A stretch of DNA of 63,222 nucleotides, filler included, from an uncultured bacterium (GTDB lineage Bacteria; B130-G9): NCBI GenBank assembly GCA_965372715.1. It is 3 parts of 3 records of this genome, joined end to end, with 100 filler letters (N's around TTAATTAATTAA, not from the genome) between each part and the next. Parts side by side here need not be neighbours in the genome. Positions count along the whole stretch, not along the records: positions 1 to 26,247 come from CBDVDH010000053.1; 2 more parts are not named here. The stretch is one strand, 5' to 3'. The translations under genes and the position numbers were made by a program. Shown here in pieces: positions 9,227 through 18,889 of this stretch. Each line of letters begins with the position of its first letter. Within the stretch, counting starts at the first letter, position 1. Below the pieces are notes generated by a model. It saw only the letters and a program-made list of their open reading frames with translations. It had not been told where the DNA came from and searched no databases.

Positions 9227-9804
9227 TCATGGCTTTCTATGAAAGAACTGATGGATAGCATAGGATAATGCCTGTTGGGAGAGGGCATCTAGTCTCAATC
9301 TCCTATTCACATCTGGAGTTAGAGCTTTCCGGTAAGCAGAGCTCTTTCCTAAGCTCTTATCCAGGTCGGAAATGAAAGCCAGGACAATCCCTATTGGGAG
9401 AGCGAATGCCTGATTGAAATCGGCCACAAGATAACCACCCCCGAAGAAGGCCTCATCAGGGGCCATTGGCAACAAGTGAAAGCCGTATGTAAAACCTTTC
9501 TCCAGCTCCCCGAGCATCTTGCGGTTGTTTTTCTTCTCGATTCTCTTTAAGGTAGGTGCTGGGCAGAGAACTACATTTTCGATTTTGCAGTATCTCCCCC
9601 TAATAGGGGATTCTCTGAGCTCCAAATCGCAGGAGTGGCTCATTATGACTGCAGCGTCGTGCAGCTTGATCTTTGTTGGTGGGCTTTGCCCTGCCCAAGT
9701 TCCAGGATCGCCAGTAGGAAGGGCATGAATCACAACTTCCGGACAGCCGGAATGATATCCCCTTGGCATAGCTTAAGGGGGTCCTGGACAATATCGAAAC
9801 CCAT
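9227..9804 (-). pseudogene. QGDII..SHSCDL-motif protein (possible PemK/MazF-like fold), frameshifted near 9750
   Basis: ATG 9804 gives MGFDIVQDPLKLCQGDII; the rest (GCPEVV..VIMSHSCDL..VVLCP..) continues in another frame (ORF 9227..9769). Confidence 0.6.
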
Positions 9805-9816
9805 GCGGTGTTGAAC

Positions 9817-10164
9817 CTAGAACACCCAATCTGGATCAATCTCGGGTGGCTGGGCTCTCTCTACACTTTCGATGAGCAAAGTGGTCTCGAATGTCCTAAC
9901 TGGATGCACACTGTGAATGATGTGATCTTCCGGTTCGATCAAGAAATCCGGCGCAGCTGAATCCTGATGCGGGGCCAAGGCGCTTTCGATCACATCTCCA
10001 TTATAGAGCATCTTCACATGGTCTCCTTTTAATGGAGCAATGCGGATTGTCACCTCTGTGGAATCATATCCCATGTAATCTCTGTACCCCATTTTCTCCC
10101 ACAGCCCCCGACCAATTACGTTATCGTCGGTCGTGTCACGTTCATGGCTAGTCGATAGATACAT
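9817..10164 (-). CDS. Hypothetical protein, middle gene of the islet cassette
   Basis: ATG overlaps the 3' end of the upstream gene; part of the ORF-track frame 9817..10206. Confidence 0.65.
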   Translation of the reverse strand: MYLSTSHERDTTDDNVIGRGLWEKMGYRDYMGYDSTEVTIRIAPLKGDHVKMLYNGDVIESALAPHQDSAAPDFLIEPEDHIIHSVHPVRTFETTLLIESVERAQPPEIDPDWVF

Positions 10165-10810
10165 CCGATTCCTCCATCTCGTGATCTTCCTTACATTCAA
10201 GGCCATATTGCTCTACAAGAAAACCTCTAGCGAATTCGAAGTGCTCCCAAACACTCCCCTCCCTAATAATGCCCCTACCTAATTCCTTCTGGCTACTATC
10301 AATCGGATAATGGAAATTGAAATGAAATCGCGCTGCTTCATGGTCCTGATCCATTGAGACCTTGAATTTGACTTTGTATCCATTGCCAGTAAGGCGCCTT
10401 AGTATCTCGCTGGACTCAATAGGCATCCCATCTGGGAAGCTGCTCTCGTCTGGAAACATGAATAGACGCAAAACATCTTCACAGGGGGAGTCCTCAACAA
10501 AGGCATGGTTCACACCGACAGCATGAATCGGCGTATATGGGAGTTCGCTCAGGAGTGTTTGGCCTAACTCCTCAATCTTCTCCAAACTCTCTTTGTCGCT
10601 TACATCGGCGATTATTGTCACCTTGTCTTGAGTAGCCACGATTGTTACGCCAATAGCGCTGAATCTAAAGGCCAATGTCGGGCCAACTAGGAGTTCCGCT
10701 TCGATCTTCCTCTCCTTGAAGATATACTTCCTAACCCACTCAGGATTCAAGATGAATGGATTCCAATTGCCTACAAGCACAATCGATGAAGCTCTGTCAG
10801 GGGTCTTCAT
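10148..10810 (-). CDS. Hypothetical protein resembling the TIGR04255 family
   Basis: SIVLVGNWNPFILNPEW..LPYTPIHAVGVN..FHFNFHY pattern. Confidence 0.65.
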   Translation of the reverse strand: MKTPDRASSIVLVGNWNPFILNPEWVRKYIFKERKIEAELLVGPTLAFRFSAIGVTIVATQDKVTIIADVSDKESLEKIEELGQTLLSELPYTPIHAVGVNHAFVEDSPCEDVLRLFMFPDESSFPDGMPIESSEILRRLTGNGYKVKFKVSMDQDHEAARFHFNFHYPIDSSQKELGRGIIREGSVWEHFEFARGFLVEQYGLECKEDHEMEESDVSID

Positions 10811-11154
10811 TCACTTTCCTCAACATGGCTATCAAGTTAATCACTGTCTGCATGGACTCAATGCTACCGAATCCATGTATGCTCTCGCTGAAGAACCTGC
10901 CTAAACATCTCTATCGACCCTAAACCTACACCTCTTTAGGGGACTACTTCAATGGTCTTTCGAAACACCTCGCGAAAGGTCGATTACAACCAACCTCCAC
11001 TATAACAATGGACAAGCGCACTGTGTTGCAGAGGCTCTCCGTCCATCTCCTCATGATCTTCCACTCTCAATCTCGCTTGATAGAACGAGCGGCGGGATTT
11101 CTACACTTCACGGCTGTCATCATCCTATTCCTTCGCGTATCTCAATGCTCTTGC

Positions 11155-11316
11155 TTAAAGCCCTTCTTCCTCGCGCTTGCAATCCTCAAACTCAAGCTCG
11201 GCCCAATCATAGATTGCGGCCTTTACGCCAATCGCGGGATCGTCCTTCTGTAACTCCCTCATCTTCTCGTAGATCTGTTCCAATGCATCTGCCTCATGGA
11301 GGCCTTCTACTTCCAT
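11155..11316 (-). CDS. Small acidic hypothetical protein, possibly truncated
   Basis: MEVEGLHEADALEQIYEKMREL.. lies just inside the distal att-like repeat. Confidence 0.35.
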   Translation of the reverse strand: MEVEGLHEADALEQIYEKMRELQKDDPAIGVKAAIYDWAELEFEDCKREEEGL

Positions 11317-11524
11317 CGTGCCTTCCGTGAGAAGACGTAACAGACGCCGTCGTGCACGGCTCACTCTTTTTGTCCGGCGCGCGTAGTCTGATCGCTGTTG
11401 ACAAGCGACCGGGGAATCAGAATACTCCTGCTTCAATTGTGAGCCGCAATCTAGACCGTTATCTGCCTGAGACTATGGGTTGAGAGCGGTTAGAATCCAA
11501 TAGGCATGTGTTTCGGAGGAACGA

Positions 11525-12478
11525 ATGGAACGAATCATGGTGATTGGCGCTGTCGGTCAGATCGGTTCCGAGCTGACCATGGCGCTCAGAGAGAAGTATG
11601 GGAGCGACAACGTAGTCGCGGTCGGGCGTAAGACCAAGCCGAGTGAAGAGCTGCTCAATTCAGGGCCTTTTGAGTTCAGCAACATCCTCAGCTATGATGA
11701 GATGAAGGCCCTTGTCGAGAAGTACAACACCGACACGATTTACCTAATGGCGGCGATCCTTTCGGCTACCGGCGAGAAGAACCCGATGCTGGCCTACCGG
11801 GTCAACAACGACGGCCTGATGAACGTCCTCGAGATAGGGCGCGAGCTCAAGCTCGAAAGGTTCCTTATCCCGAGCTCGATTGCCGCATTCGGTCCTGAGA
11901 CGCCTCGGGACAACACGCCCAACGACACAATCCTGAAGCCAAAAACGATGTATGGCATCTCGAAGGTTCACGGGGAGCTCCTGTGCGACTACTACTTCTA
12001 CAAGTACGGCCTCGACGTGCGCGGCCTGCGGTATCCCGGCATCATCAGCTACAAGACGCCTCCCGGCGGCGGGACCACGGACTATACGGTCGAGATGTAC
12101 CGCGCCGCGGCAGAGGGCAAGCCCTACACGTGCTTCGTCAAGGAAGACACCGTGCTCCCGATGATGTATATGCCCGACGCGCTCAAGTCGATCATTGATC
12201 TGGCCGAGGCGGACCTCGGCAGACTGAAGCACCACTCCGACTTCAACGTAACCGCGATGAGCTTTAGCGCCGGCGAGCTCGCAGACTCGATCAGACAGTA
12301 CAAGCCAGATTTCAAGGTTACCTATGAGCCGGACTTCAGGCAGGGCATTGCCGACACTTGGCCGATGTCGCTGGATGATTCCGTCGCCAGAGACGAGTGG
12401 GGCTGGAGCCCGGACTATGACCTCGACACGATGACGAAGGATATGCTCAAGAACCTTCCCAAGGTCCTGGGCCTATAA
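11525..12478 (+). CDS. SDR/NAD-epimerase-type L-threonine 3-dehydrogenase
   Basis: GAVGQIG Rossmann motif, AAILSATGE, SSIAAFGP, YGISK, PGGGTTDY. Confidence 0.88.
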   Translation: MERIMVIGAVGQIGSELTMALREKYGSDNVVAVGRKTKPSEELLNSGPFEFSNILSYDEMKALVEKYNTDTIYLMAAILSATGEKNPMLAYRVNNDGLMNVLEIGRELKLERFLIPSSIAAFGPETPRDNTPNDTILKPKTMYGISKVHGELLCDYYFYKYGLDVRGLRYPGIISYKTPPGGGTTDYTVEMYRAAAEGKPYTCFVKEDTVLPMMYMPDALKSIIDLAEADLGRLKHHSDFNVTAMSFSAGELADSIRQYKPDFKVTYEPDFRQGIADTWPMSLDDSVARDEWGWSPDYDLDTMTKDMLKNLPKVLGL

Positions 12479-12514
12479 CACATCGCATAGAGCACCAACG
12501 GGGTTTTCTTTCTT

Positions 12515-12639
12515 TGTAGGGTCGGCCTCATGGAGGCTGGGTCATAATTCGAATCTGGGATTGTGTAGGGTCGGCTCACGAGCCGCCCTCCTTTGATTTG
12601 AGGGGATGCCTTGAGGGCGGTTCGTGAGCCGCCCCTACA
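12515..12639. repeat. Half REP, MITE-like end and inverted REP pair
   Basis: tgtagggtcggcctca|tggaggctgggtcataattcgaatctgggattg followed by REPs at 12564-12589 and 12614-12639. Confidence 0.75.
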
Positions 12640-12654
12640 CGACGTTTCTGCCGC

Positions 12655-13128
12655 TCAGAACCCGTAGCGGTCGTGGAGCTCGCGCTTGATTTCTTTCTCC
12701 TTTTCCGCGAAGCGTTTTTCGTATTTGCGCTTTCCAGTCGCGATGGCTATCTCAACCTTTGCGCGGCCACGGGAGAAGTAAAGCCGTGTTGGGATCAACG
12801 TCCTACCGGTCTCAACGGTTTTCGCTCTGAGGCGCTTGATCTCCCTCTTGTGGAGCAGGAGCTTCCTTACGCGCCTGGGCTTATGGTTGCATCGCGCCGC
12901 CTGAGCATACTCCGTAATGTGGCAATTGTAGAGGAACACCTCGCCGTTCTTGATCCGCGCATAGGAATCAACGAGGCTGGCTTTGCCGTCCCGCAGAGAC
13001 TTGACCTCAGTGCCAACGAGCACCAGACCGGCCTCAATCCGTTCACCAAGCATATAGTCATGCTTCGCCTTTCGGTTTGTGCACACAATCTTCTCCGGGG
13101 TCTCATCTTTGTGGTTCATTTGCGACAC
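12655..13128 (-). CDS. smpB: SsrA-binding protein
   Basis: NRKAKHDY, EAGLVLVGTEVKSLR, RKLLLHKREI, GKRKYEKR. Confidence 0.97.
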   Translation of the reverse strand: MSQMNHKDETPEKIVCTNRKAKHDYMLGERIEAGLVLVGTEVKSLRDGKASLVDSYARIKNGEVFLYNCHITEYAQAARCNHKPRRVRKLLLHKREIKRLRAKTVETGRTLIPTRLYFSRGRAKVEIAIATGKRKYEKRFAEKEKEIKRELHDRYGF

Positions 13129-13172
13129 GATTGTCGGAATCGCCCCTCACACTCGTCGGACTTGGCAATAGA

Positions 13173-14234
13173 TCACTGCTCCGAGGGCTTCGATTGCTCC
13201 TCTGGCGGCGGGGCCATGGCCCGCGTCGTGCGATTTCGACCTTTTTCTTTGCTATTGTACATTGCCCTGTCCACGAGATGGATGAACTCCGTCTTCGAGA
13301 GATGTTCCGTATACTCGCACACGCCTATGCTCAACGTGGTTGCCAGTGTCTTCTTGGCCGACGCGAAATCCAGAAGCTCGACCATCTGCCTGATGCGCTC
13401 AGCTGCATCGAAAGCAGAATCAAGAGTCGTCTCAGGCAGAATCGCAACGAATTCGTCGCCACCGTATCGGCAAGCAATGTCAACGCCAACTCTCATGTTG
13501 GCGAGAATAATCGCTGCAACGCCAACCAGGACCTCGTCTCCCACTATGTGCCCGAACTTGTCGTTGAAGTATTTGAAATTATCCACGTCAACCATCATCA
13601 GCGACAGCCGCGTGTGGTAGCGCCTCGCCCGTGCCATCTCACGGTCAAGGTGGGCGTGGAAATAGCGATGGGTGTATAGCTTCGTGAGTCCATCGCGGTC
13701 GGCCTCGTCCCTAGTCACGGCGAGCAATTGCGCATTTCTGACGGCAATCGCGATATGGTCCGCAAAGAGCGAGAGAAGCGCTGTGTCGTCGTATGCCTCT
13801 TCGCGGTTGTCGGGGACTGATGTCATCGTTATAACGCCTACAAGCTTCCCTCCCGAGATCATCGGGAGTATCCGGCACGATTTGTCCCCATATTTGGGGT
13901 CAGACTTGCCGTTAAAATCTCCGTGTCGCTCGACATCATCGATTACTGTCGGCTCAAGGGATTCGCCCACCTTTCCGATTAGGCCCTCACCCAACTTGAA
14001 CTTGATCCTGGACCTTGTCTCCGGATCGATTGACATGTCATTGGATGCGGCCATGTAAAGGCAATTGCGTTGCTTGTCGAGCAAGAATACTGAAGTGATC
14101 GAGAGCCCCATTATGTTCGGCAGGTGAGTCACCGCATAATCGACAATATCGCCCTGGTCCATCGACATGTTAATGTGTTTGCTCAGCTCCGCGAGCTCGA
14201 TTAGCTTGTTGAGCATATAGGAACGTTCGGACAT
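13173..14234 (-). CDS. GAF-GGDEF diguanylate cyclase
   Basis: GAF domain followed by DGLTKLY, DVDNFKYFNDKFGH, RYGGDEF, KEKGRN. Confidence 0.95.
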   Translation of the reverse strand: MSERSYMLNKLIELAELSKHINMSMDQGDIVDYAVTHLPNIMGLSITSVFLLDKQRNCLYMAASNDMSIDPETRSRIKFKLGEGLIGKVGESLEPTVIDDVERHGDFNGKSDPKYGDKSCRILPMISGGKLVGVITMTSVPDNREEAYDDTALLSLFADHIAIAVRNAQLLAVTRDEADRDGLTKLYTHRYFHAHLDREMARARRYHTRLSLMMVDVDNFKYFNDKFGHIVGDEVLVGVAAIILANMRVGVDIACRYGGDEFVAILPETTLDSAFDAAERIRQMVELLDFASAKKTLATTLSIGVCEYTEHLSKTEFIHLVDRAMYNSKEKGRNRTTRAMAPPPEEQSKPSEQ

Positions 14235-14363
14235 CCTAAGCGTCAGGCCTCCTAAGACTGAAGATTATCATTTTGCGCAAACATCCTGCTGAACGTTACA
14301 TTATATCGGTCGCTGCTTCAAACGATTCATTTGGTCGGGTGATAGATTCGTAGAGGCGGTGTT

Positions 14364-14501
14364 TGGAGGCTGGGTCATAATTCGAATCTGGGATTGTGTA
14401 GTGGCGGGGCTTGTCTCCGCCCGTTCTAATTGATTGGCACATTGAGGATGCCGCATTTGATGAATTGACATAAGCGGGCGGGTCTGAGACAGCGTCACTA
14501 C
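14364..14501. repeat. MITE-like end and degenerate REP pair
   Basis: 38 bp (14364-14401) identical to 12531-12568; cgggcgggtctgagac shared with the 36851-37010 element. Confidence 0.7.
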
Positions 14502-14548
14502 AGGACCTCTTCGCCTATCCGAGAACTTGCTGAAGGAGACGAGCTGGA

Positions 14549-15253
14549 TTGGACGCGGTTGTTCTTTGCGCTGGCCGGGGCACTAGGATGCGGCCCCTTA
14601 CAGACTCAGTACCTAAGGGGTTGCTTCCGGTCTGTGGGAAGCCGCTCTTGGACTATCATATTGAGGGTCTGCTCGAGGCGCAGGCGAGCGGCGTCATATT
14701 CGTCGTCAATCACTTGCGGGAAATGATCATCGAGCACGTTTCCCAATCATTCCCAAGGGTTAGGGCAACGTTTCTGTGGCAAGAGAACGCTCTTGGGATA
14801 GCGGATGCGTTCATAAGGGCGGAAAAGCTGATTACGACGGACTTTGTGGCAGTTCATACTGACAACCTCTTTCTCCCTCATGTGTTTGGGTCCCTAATTG
14901 GCCGCCACGTTCCTGGCGCCGTAACGATGGCAACGGTCCCGTTCGAGGGAATGAGCCCGAGAAACAGGGCCTGGCAGGAGCCGATTACGGGCAGATTGAG
15001 TCTGGCGCACGGCGCAGCGCCTCCATGTCCTGATATTGACGTTCAGACAACAGGCTGCTGCATCCTTCCCGTCGAGATATTCGATCTGTTAGAGAGGGGC
15101 CGAACGGACAATCCCTCCTGCGACGTGTATGATGTGCTCTCCGCCAATCAGGACAACCTGAACTTAGTCGGCGTGCTCCACAAGGGCCTCTGGGCCAACA
15201 TCAATACGCCTGAGGACTTAAGTCAGATTGAATCGCAGCTTGGGCGGGCGTGA
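14549..15253 (+). CDS. Sugar-phosphate nucleotidyltransferase family protein
   Basis: LCAGRGTRMRPLT..PKGLLPV.GKPL; NINTPEDL. Confidence 0.88.
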   Translation: MDAVVLCAGRGTRMRPLTDSVPKGLLPVCGKPLLDYHIEGLLEAQASGVIFVVNHLREMIIEHVSQSFPRVRATFLWQENALGIADAFIRAEKLITTDFVAVHTDNLFLPHVFGSLIGRHVPGAVTMATVPFEGMSPRNRAWQEPITGRLSLAHGAAPPCPDIDVQTTGCCILPVEIFDLLERGRTDNPSCDVYDVLSANQDNLNLVGVLHKGLWANINTPEDLSQIESQLGRA

Positions 15254-15381
15254 TTGCCTGGCTTGGCTATCCTTCTCATTCCTGCTATCTTATTGCTGTC
15301 GTCTCTTTGAGCGCCAGTTTCACAAACCACGAGCCGACAACGGCAGAGTACCACATGATTGAGAAAGGGAAAGCTTGAGCG

Positions 15382-16836
15382 ATGTTTAGGATCATCCTCC
15401 TAGCAGTTTACGTCATCGTGATCCTGTTCATAGGCTACAGGTCGATGAAAGGGACCAAGACGTTTGGGGATTTCTTCCTCGCCAATCGAACCGTGGGTCC
15501 CTGGCTGACGGCCTTCACGTATGGAACCGCATACTTCAGCGCGGTGCTCATCATCGGTTTCGCTGGCAAGGTTGGCTGGGGCTTTGGCATGGCCTCGCTT
15601 TGGATAGCGCTGGGCAACACACTTGTCGGGACGTTCCTGGTCTGGAGACTTCTGGGCAAAAGGATCATGCAGGCATCACGGAAGCTAAACGTCCAAACGA
15701 TGCCCGAGTACCTTGAGGCGCGGTTCGATTCGAGGTTTCTGAAGGCCTATTCCGCAATCTGCATCTTCGTGTTCCTTATCCCGTATTCCGCGTCGGTCTA
15801 TATGGGTCTCAGCTATTTGTTCGAGATCAACTTCAACGTGCCGTACACCTACGTGCTCCTCGGAATGGCGATCCTGACTGCTCTATATCTGATAATGGGC
15901 GGCTACAAGGCGGTAACAGTGGTCGATATATTTCAGGGCATGATCATGGTCGCGGGCATCCTGATAATGATAGGGATGTTCACGGGCAAGGCCGGAGGAC
16001 TTTCAAACATCTTCAACAGGCTGAACGCGATCAACCCCGAGCTCACGTCGATTTGGGGGCCGCCAGGCTGGCTCGCCATAATGGCACTTATGTTCTTAAC
16101 ATCCGTTGCGCCGCTTGCGATGCCGCAGCTCGTCCAGAAGTTCTACGGCATCAAGGACGAGAGGTCGGTCAGAATCGGGACGATCGTGGCCACGCTCTTC
16201 GCTCTCGTAATAACCTTCGGCGCGTATTACTCTGGCGCTCTGACACGTGTGTTTATCTCTCCGGACAAATACCCGGCGCTGTTTGAACGTGGGAAAGCAA
16301 CTGTTGATAAGCTGATGCCTGTCATGATCAAGGACTTCGTGCCGGAAGTCCTGGCCGTCATCATACTGCTTCTCGTCTTCGCCGCCTCGATGTCAACGCT
16401 CGCAGCCCTCGTCCTTGTCTCGAGCTCTTCAATCGTAAAGGACTTGTACCAGGGGTTCATTAACAAGGAAGTGCACGAAAAGGACCTTGTGCTGCCGATG
16501 CGCTGCACGTGCCTCGTGGCGATCATCCTCTCGGTCATCGTGGCGCTCAAAAAACCCGTCATAATCGTAACGATGCTGTCAATATCGTGGGGCGCCGTCG
16601 CGTCAGTGTTCCTCGCGCCGTTTGTCTATGGCCTGCTCTGGAAAAGAACCACGAAACTGAGCGCCATTACTAGTTCATTCGCCGGCCTAGGGACGACGCT
16701 AATCTGGTATGCTCTCAGCGAGAGCGCCAGCATGATTCCGGTTATTGCCTCGGCAGGTATGATCTTGTCGCTTCTCGTTCTGCCCATTGTCGTCTGGATT
16801 CAGTCAAGCCTGAGAAAGACATCTGCCGCTTCCTAG
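15382..16836 (+). CDS. Sodium:solute symporter (SSS, PutP/PanF-like)
   Basis: Multi-TM protein; FFLANR.VGPW, GGYKAV..D.FQG, AASMST. Confidence 0.92.
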   Translation: MFRIILLAVYVIVILFIGYRSMKGTKTFGDFFLANRTVGPWLTAFTYGTAYFSAVLIIGFAGKVGWGFGMASLWIALGNTLVGTFLVWRLLGKRIMQASRKLNVQTMPEYLEARFDSRFLKAYSAICIFVFLIPYSASVYMGLSYLFEINFNVPYTYVLLGMAILTALYLIMGGYKAVTVVDIFQGMIMVAGILIMIGMFTGKAGGLSNIFNRLNAINPELTSIWGPPGWLAIMALMFLTSVAPLAMPQLVQKFYGIKDERSVRIGTIVATLFALVITFGAYYSGALTRVFISPDKYPALFERGKATVDKLMPVMIKDFVPEVLAVIILLLVFAASMSTLAALVLVSSSSIVKDLYQGFINKEVHEKDLVLPMRCTCLVAIILSVIVALKKPVIIVTMLSISWGAVASVFLAPFVYGLLWKRTTKLSAITSSFAGLGTTLIWYALSESASMIPVIASAGMILSLLVLPIVVWIQSSLRKTSAAS

Positions 16837-16854
16837 TCAGAAGTTGTTGAGCTC

Positions 16855-17799
16855 ATGAGACGGCTTTATATCGGCGTTGACGCGGGCTCGATAACGGCCA
16901 AGGCTGTCGCCATTGACGAGGCGGGGGCAGTTATCGTTCATGCATACCTTCGCAATTCAGGGGGTCCGATCGAGGCGATCTTGACCGCCGTCCGCGAGGT
17001 GGGACATCAGCTCAGCGGCAGTTCTCGAGTGCTGGGCGCGGGAACGACCGGAAGCGCACGAGAGCTCGCCGCGGCGCTCGTCGGGGCGGATGTCGTCAAG
17101 AACGAGATCACTGCCCACGCAATAGCGACGCTGAAGATAGTGCCCGAGGCGCGGACAATTATTGAGATTGGCGGGCAGGAGTCGAAGCTCATCATCCTTG
17201 AGGGCGGGGCTGTGGTGGATTTTCGGCTGAACACGATCTGCGCGGCCGGGACTGGCTCGTTTCTCGACCACCAGGCCGAGCGGATGGGCATCACCGTCTC
17301 GGAACTGGGCGAGCTAGCCGCAAACGCAACGTCCCGCGCGCGGATTTCGGGCCAATGCACGGTTTTCGCGGAGACTGACATGATCCAGAAGCAGCAGATG
17401 GGGCACAGCCGGGACGAGGTCTGCGCCGGCCTCTGCGACGCCTTGGCCGAGGGCTACCTGAGCAACGTCGCCAAGGGCAAATCGCTCGAGCAGCCGATGG
17501 TCTTTCAGGGCGGCGTCGCTGCCAACGCTGGGATGCGGCGGGCGTTCGAGAGAAAGCTCAAGACCGAGATCATCGTCCCGGACCACTTCGCTCTAATGGG
17601 CGCAATCGGCGTTGCCATGCTCGCAAAGCGCCTCAAAGACTGGGATGCCTCTCGTTTCAGAGGCTTCGACCTCACAGCCGACGTGAGAAGGGGCGATAGC
17701 TTCGTCTGTGACGGCTGCGAGAACCGCTGCGAGATAGTGAGGCTGCTCGCCGACGGGGAGCTATTGGCCTATCTTGGCAGCCGCTGCGGCAAGTGGTGA
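16855..17799 (+). CDS. 2-hydroxyacyl-CoA dehydratase activase (HgdC/BcrAD/BadFG ATPase)
   Basis: GVDAGSITAK, TTGS, NEITAH, EIGGQESK, CAAGTGSFL, CTVFAE, FQGGVA, C-terminal CxxCxxxC. Confidence 0.93.
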   Translation: MRRLYIGVDAGSITAKAVAIDEAGAVIVHAYLRNSGGPIEAILTAVREVGHQLSGSSRVLGAGTTGSARELAAALVGADVVKNEITAHAIATLKIVPEARTIIEIGGQESKLIILEGGAVVDFRLNTICAAGTGSFLDHQAERMGITVSELGELAANATSRARISGQCTVFAETDMIQKQQMGHSRDEVCAGLCDALAEGYLSNVAKGKSLEQPMVFQGGVAANAGMRRAFERKLKTEIIVPDHFALMGAIGVAMLAKRLKDWDASRFRGFDLTADVRRGDSFVCDGCENRCEIVRLLADGELLAYLGSRCGKW

Positions 17800-17855
17800 G
17801 CAACGGGTTGCCCCTGAATCAGAAACGACGCCGGCGGACATACAGCATCGCGCAG

Positions 17856-18215
17856 TTATCTCAGCGCTCTCAGGACCTCCTTGGCATGGAGAACAGCAGA
17901 ACCGGCGATCAACTCCAGACGTTTTACGTTATTGTCATAATCGCACTGCTTCCGCCACTCATGCATCATTCCAAGTTTCTTAGCGACGTCCATCATCCGT
18001 AGCCCCCTGAAGTACTCTCTTAGAAGCCCGTGGTCTTTACCACTCCCCTCCCCACAAAAATGCAGCTTGCTGATTGCGATGTTTCGCGCGTGGCAGAATG
18101 CGGCATAATATGCCCTACTCGTTGCTGAGCGGAGCGCCGCTTCCTGGCTATATGTGCCACCTTTGCCTGAAAGGTGCTCGGCTAAATCAAGGTATTCGCT
18201 CCAATCAAACGACAT
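17856..18215 (-). CDS. HEPN-domain protein
   Basis: MSFDWSEYL.LAE.L..RSATSRAYYAAF..H..L..WRKQCDY. Confidence 0.85.
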   Translation of the reverse strand: MSFDWSEYLDLAEHLSGKGGTYSQEAALRSATSRAYYAAFCHARNIAISKLHFCGEGSGKDHGLLREYFRGLRMMDVAKKLGMMHEWRKQCDYDNNVKRLELIAGSAVLHAKEVLRALR

Positions 18216-18220
18216 TCGAT

Positions 18221-18637
18221 TCAGAGCGGGTCCTGGAAATCGGTGGTTATCAGGAGCCAGCCAGAAGTGTCGCACAGTATATAGTCAAACTGCCTTGAGA
18301 CCTCGTCCAACACGTCAAGAATATCCTCGTCGTACTGCTGCTGCCGAACATAGAGGGTGAGATACTGGTCATCGCTCTCCGGATCTTCGAAGAGCTCTAA
18401 TGCAACTTGAGATGGTCGGGGAAACCGGTCAAGCACTTCCCTGCAAACGGGCTCAAGGAGATCGATCATGTCAGTGTGGCCAAGAACATAGCGCCTGACG
18501 TTCTGCCAGTTGGGCAGAACGATCCCACTGTCCGACAGCTCCGTCAACACCTTGTCGCATCGAGCCTTGGTGGCTTCAGTTTCCGCACATTCCCCTTCCG
18601 CGAGAAGAACGGGATTCTTATGCTTCACACTCATCAA
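18221..18637 (-). CDS. Hypothetical protein coupled to the HEPN gene (candidate antitoxin)
   Basis: Stop lies 5 nt before the HEPN start; acidic LELFEDPE..LTLYVRQ core. Confidence 0.7.
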   Translation of the reverse strand: MMSVKHKNPVLLAEGECAETEATKARCDKVLTELSDSGIVLPNWQNVRRYVLGHTDMIDLLEPVCREVLDRFPRPSQVALELFEDPESDDQYLTLYVRQQQYDEDILDVLDEVSRQFDYILCDTSGWLLITTDFQDPL

Positions 18638-18889
18638 TCGCTCCTATTCAAGCAGACTCGTGGCAGCTGCCTCATGGCACTTGAGGCAGCTCGGTTCAAG
18701 CACGGCTCCCTCGTCCAACTTGACTGACCATAAGTCAAAAGATCCCCCTGATACTCTTCAATGCGGCCAACAACACCACGACTGTTGGCCAGTTCACACA
18801 CCATACCTGAGCGGACAAACATGTGCCCGGCTTCGCGATTACCGTCCCCATGAGCGATGAGAACTTGGATTACTCGAATGTCTAAGCCG

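Larger units (their letters stand above)
8873..11365. mobile_element. Small tRNA-anchored genomic islet with no visible integrase
   Basis: 11-bp direct repeat CACGGCTCACT at 8873-8883 (tRNA 3' end) and 11355-11365; interior looks more AT-rich than the flanks. Confidence 0.6.

Noticed and set aside
12480-12655. tmRNA (ssrA) expected near smpB
   Set aside because: No tRNA-like ends or tag reading frame; the region is explained by REP/MITE repeats.
18634-18880. Possible HicB-like remnant upstream of the HEPN pair, including a GCTGCCTCA-N7-TGAGGCAGC palindrome
   Set aside because: Similarity is too weak to support by eye.
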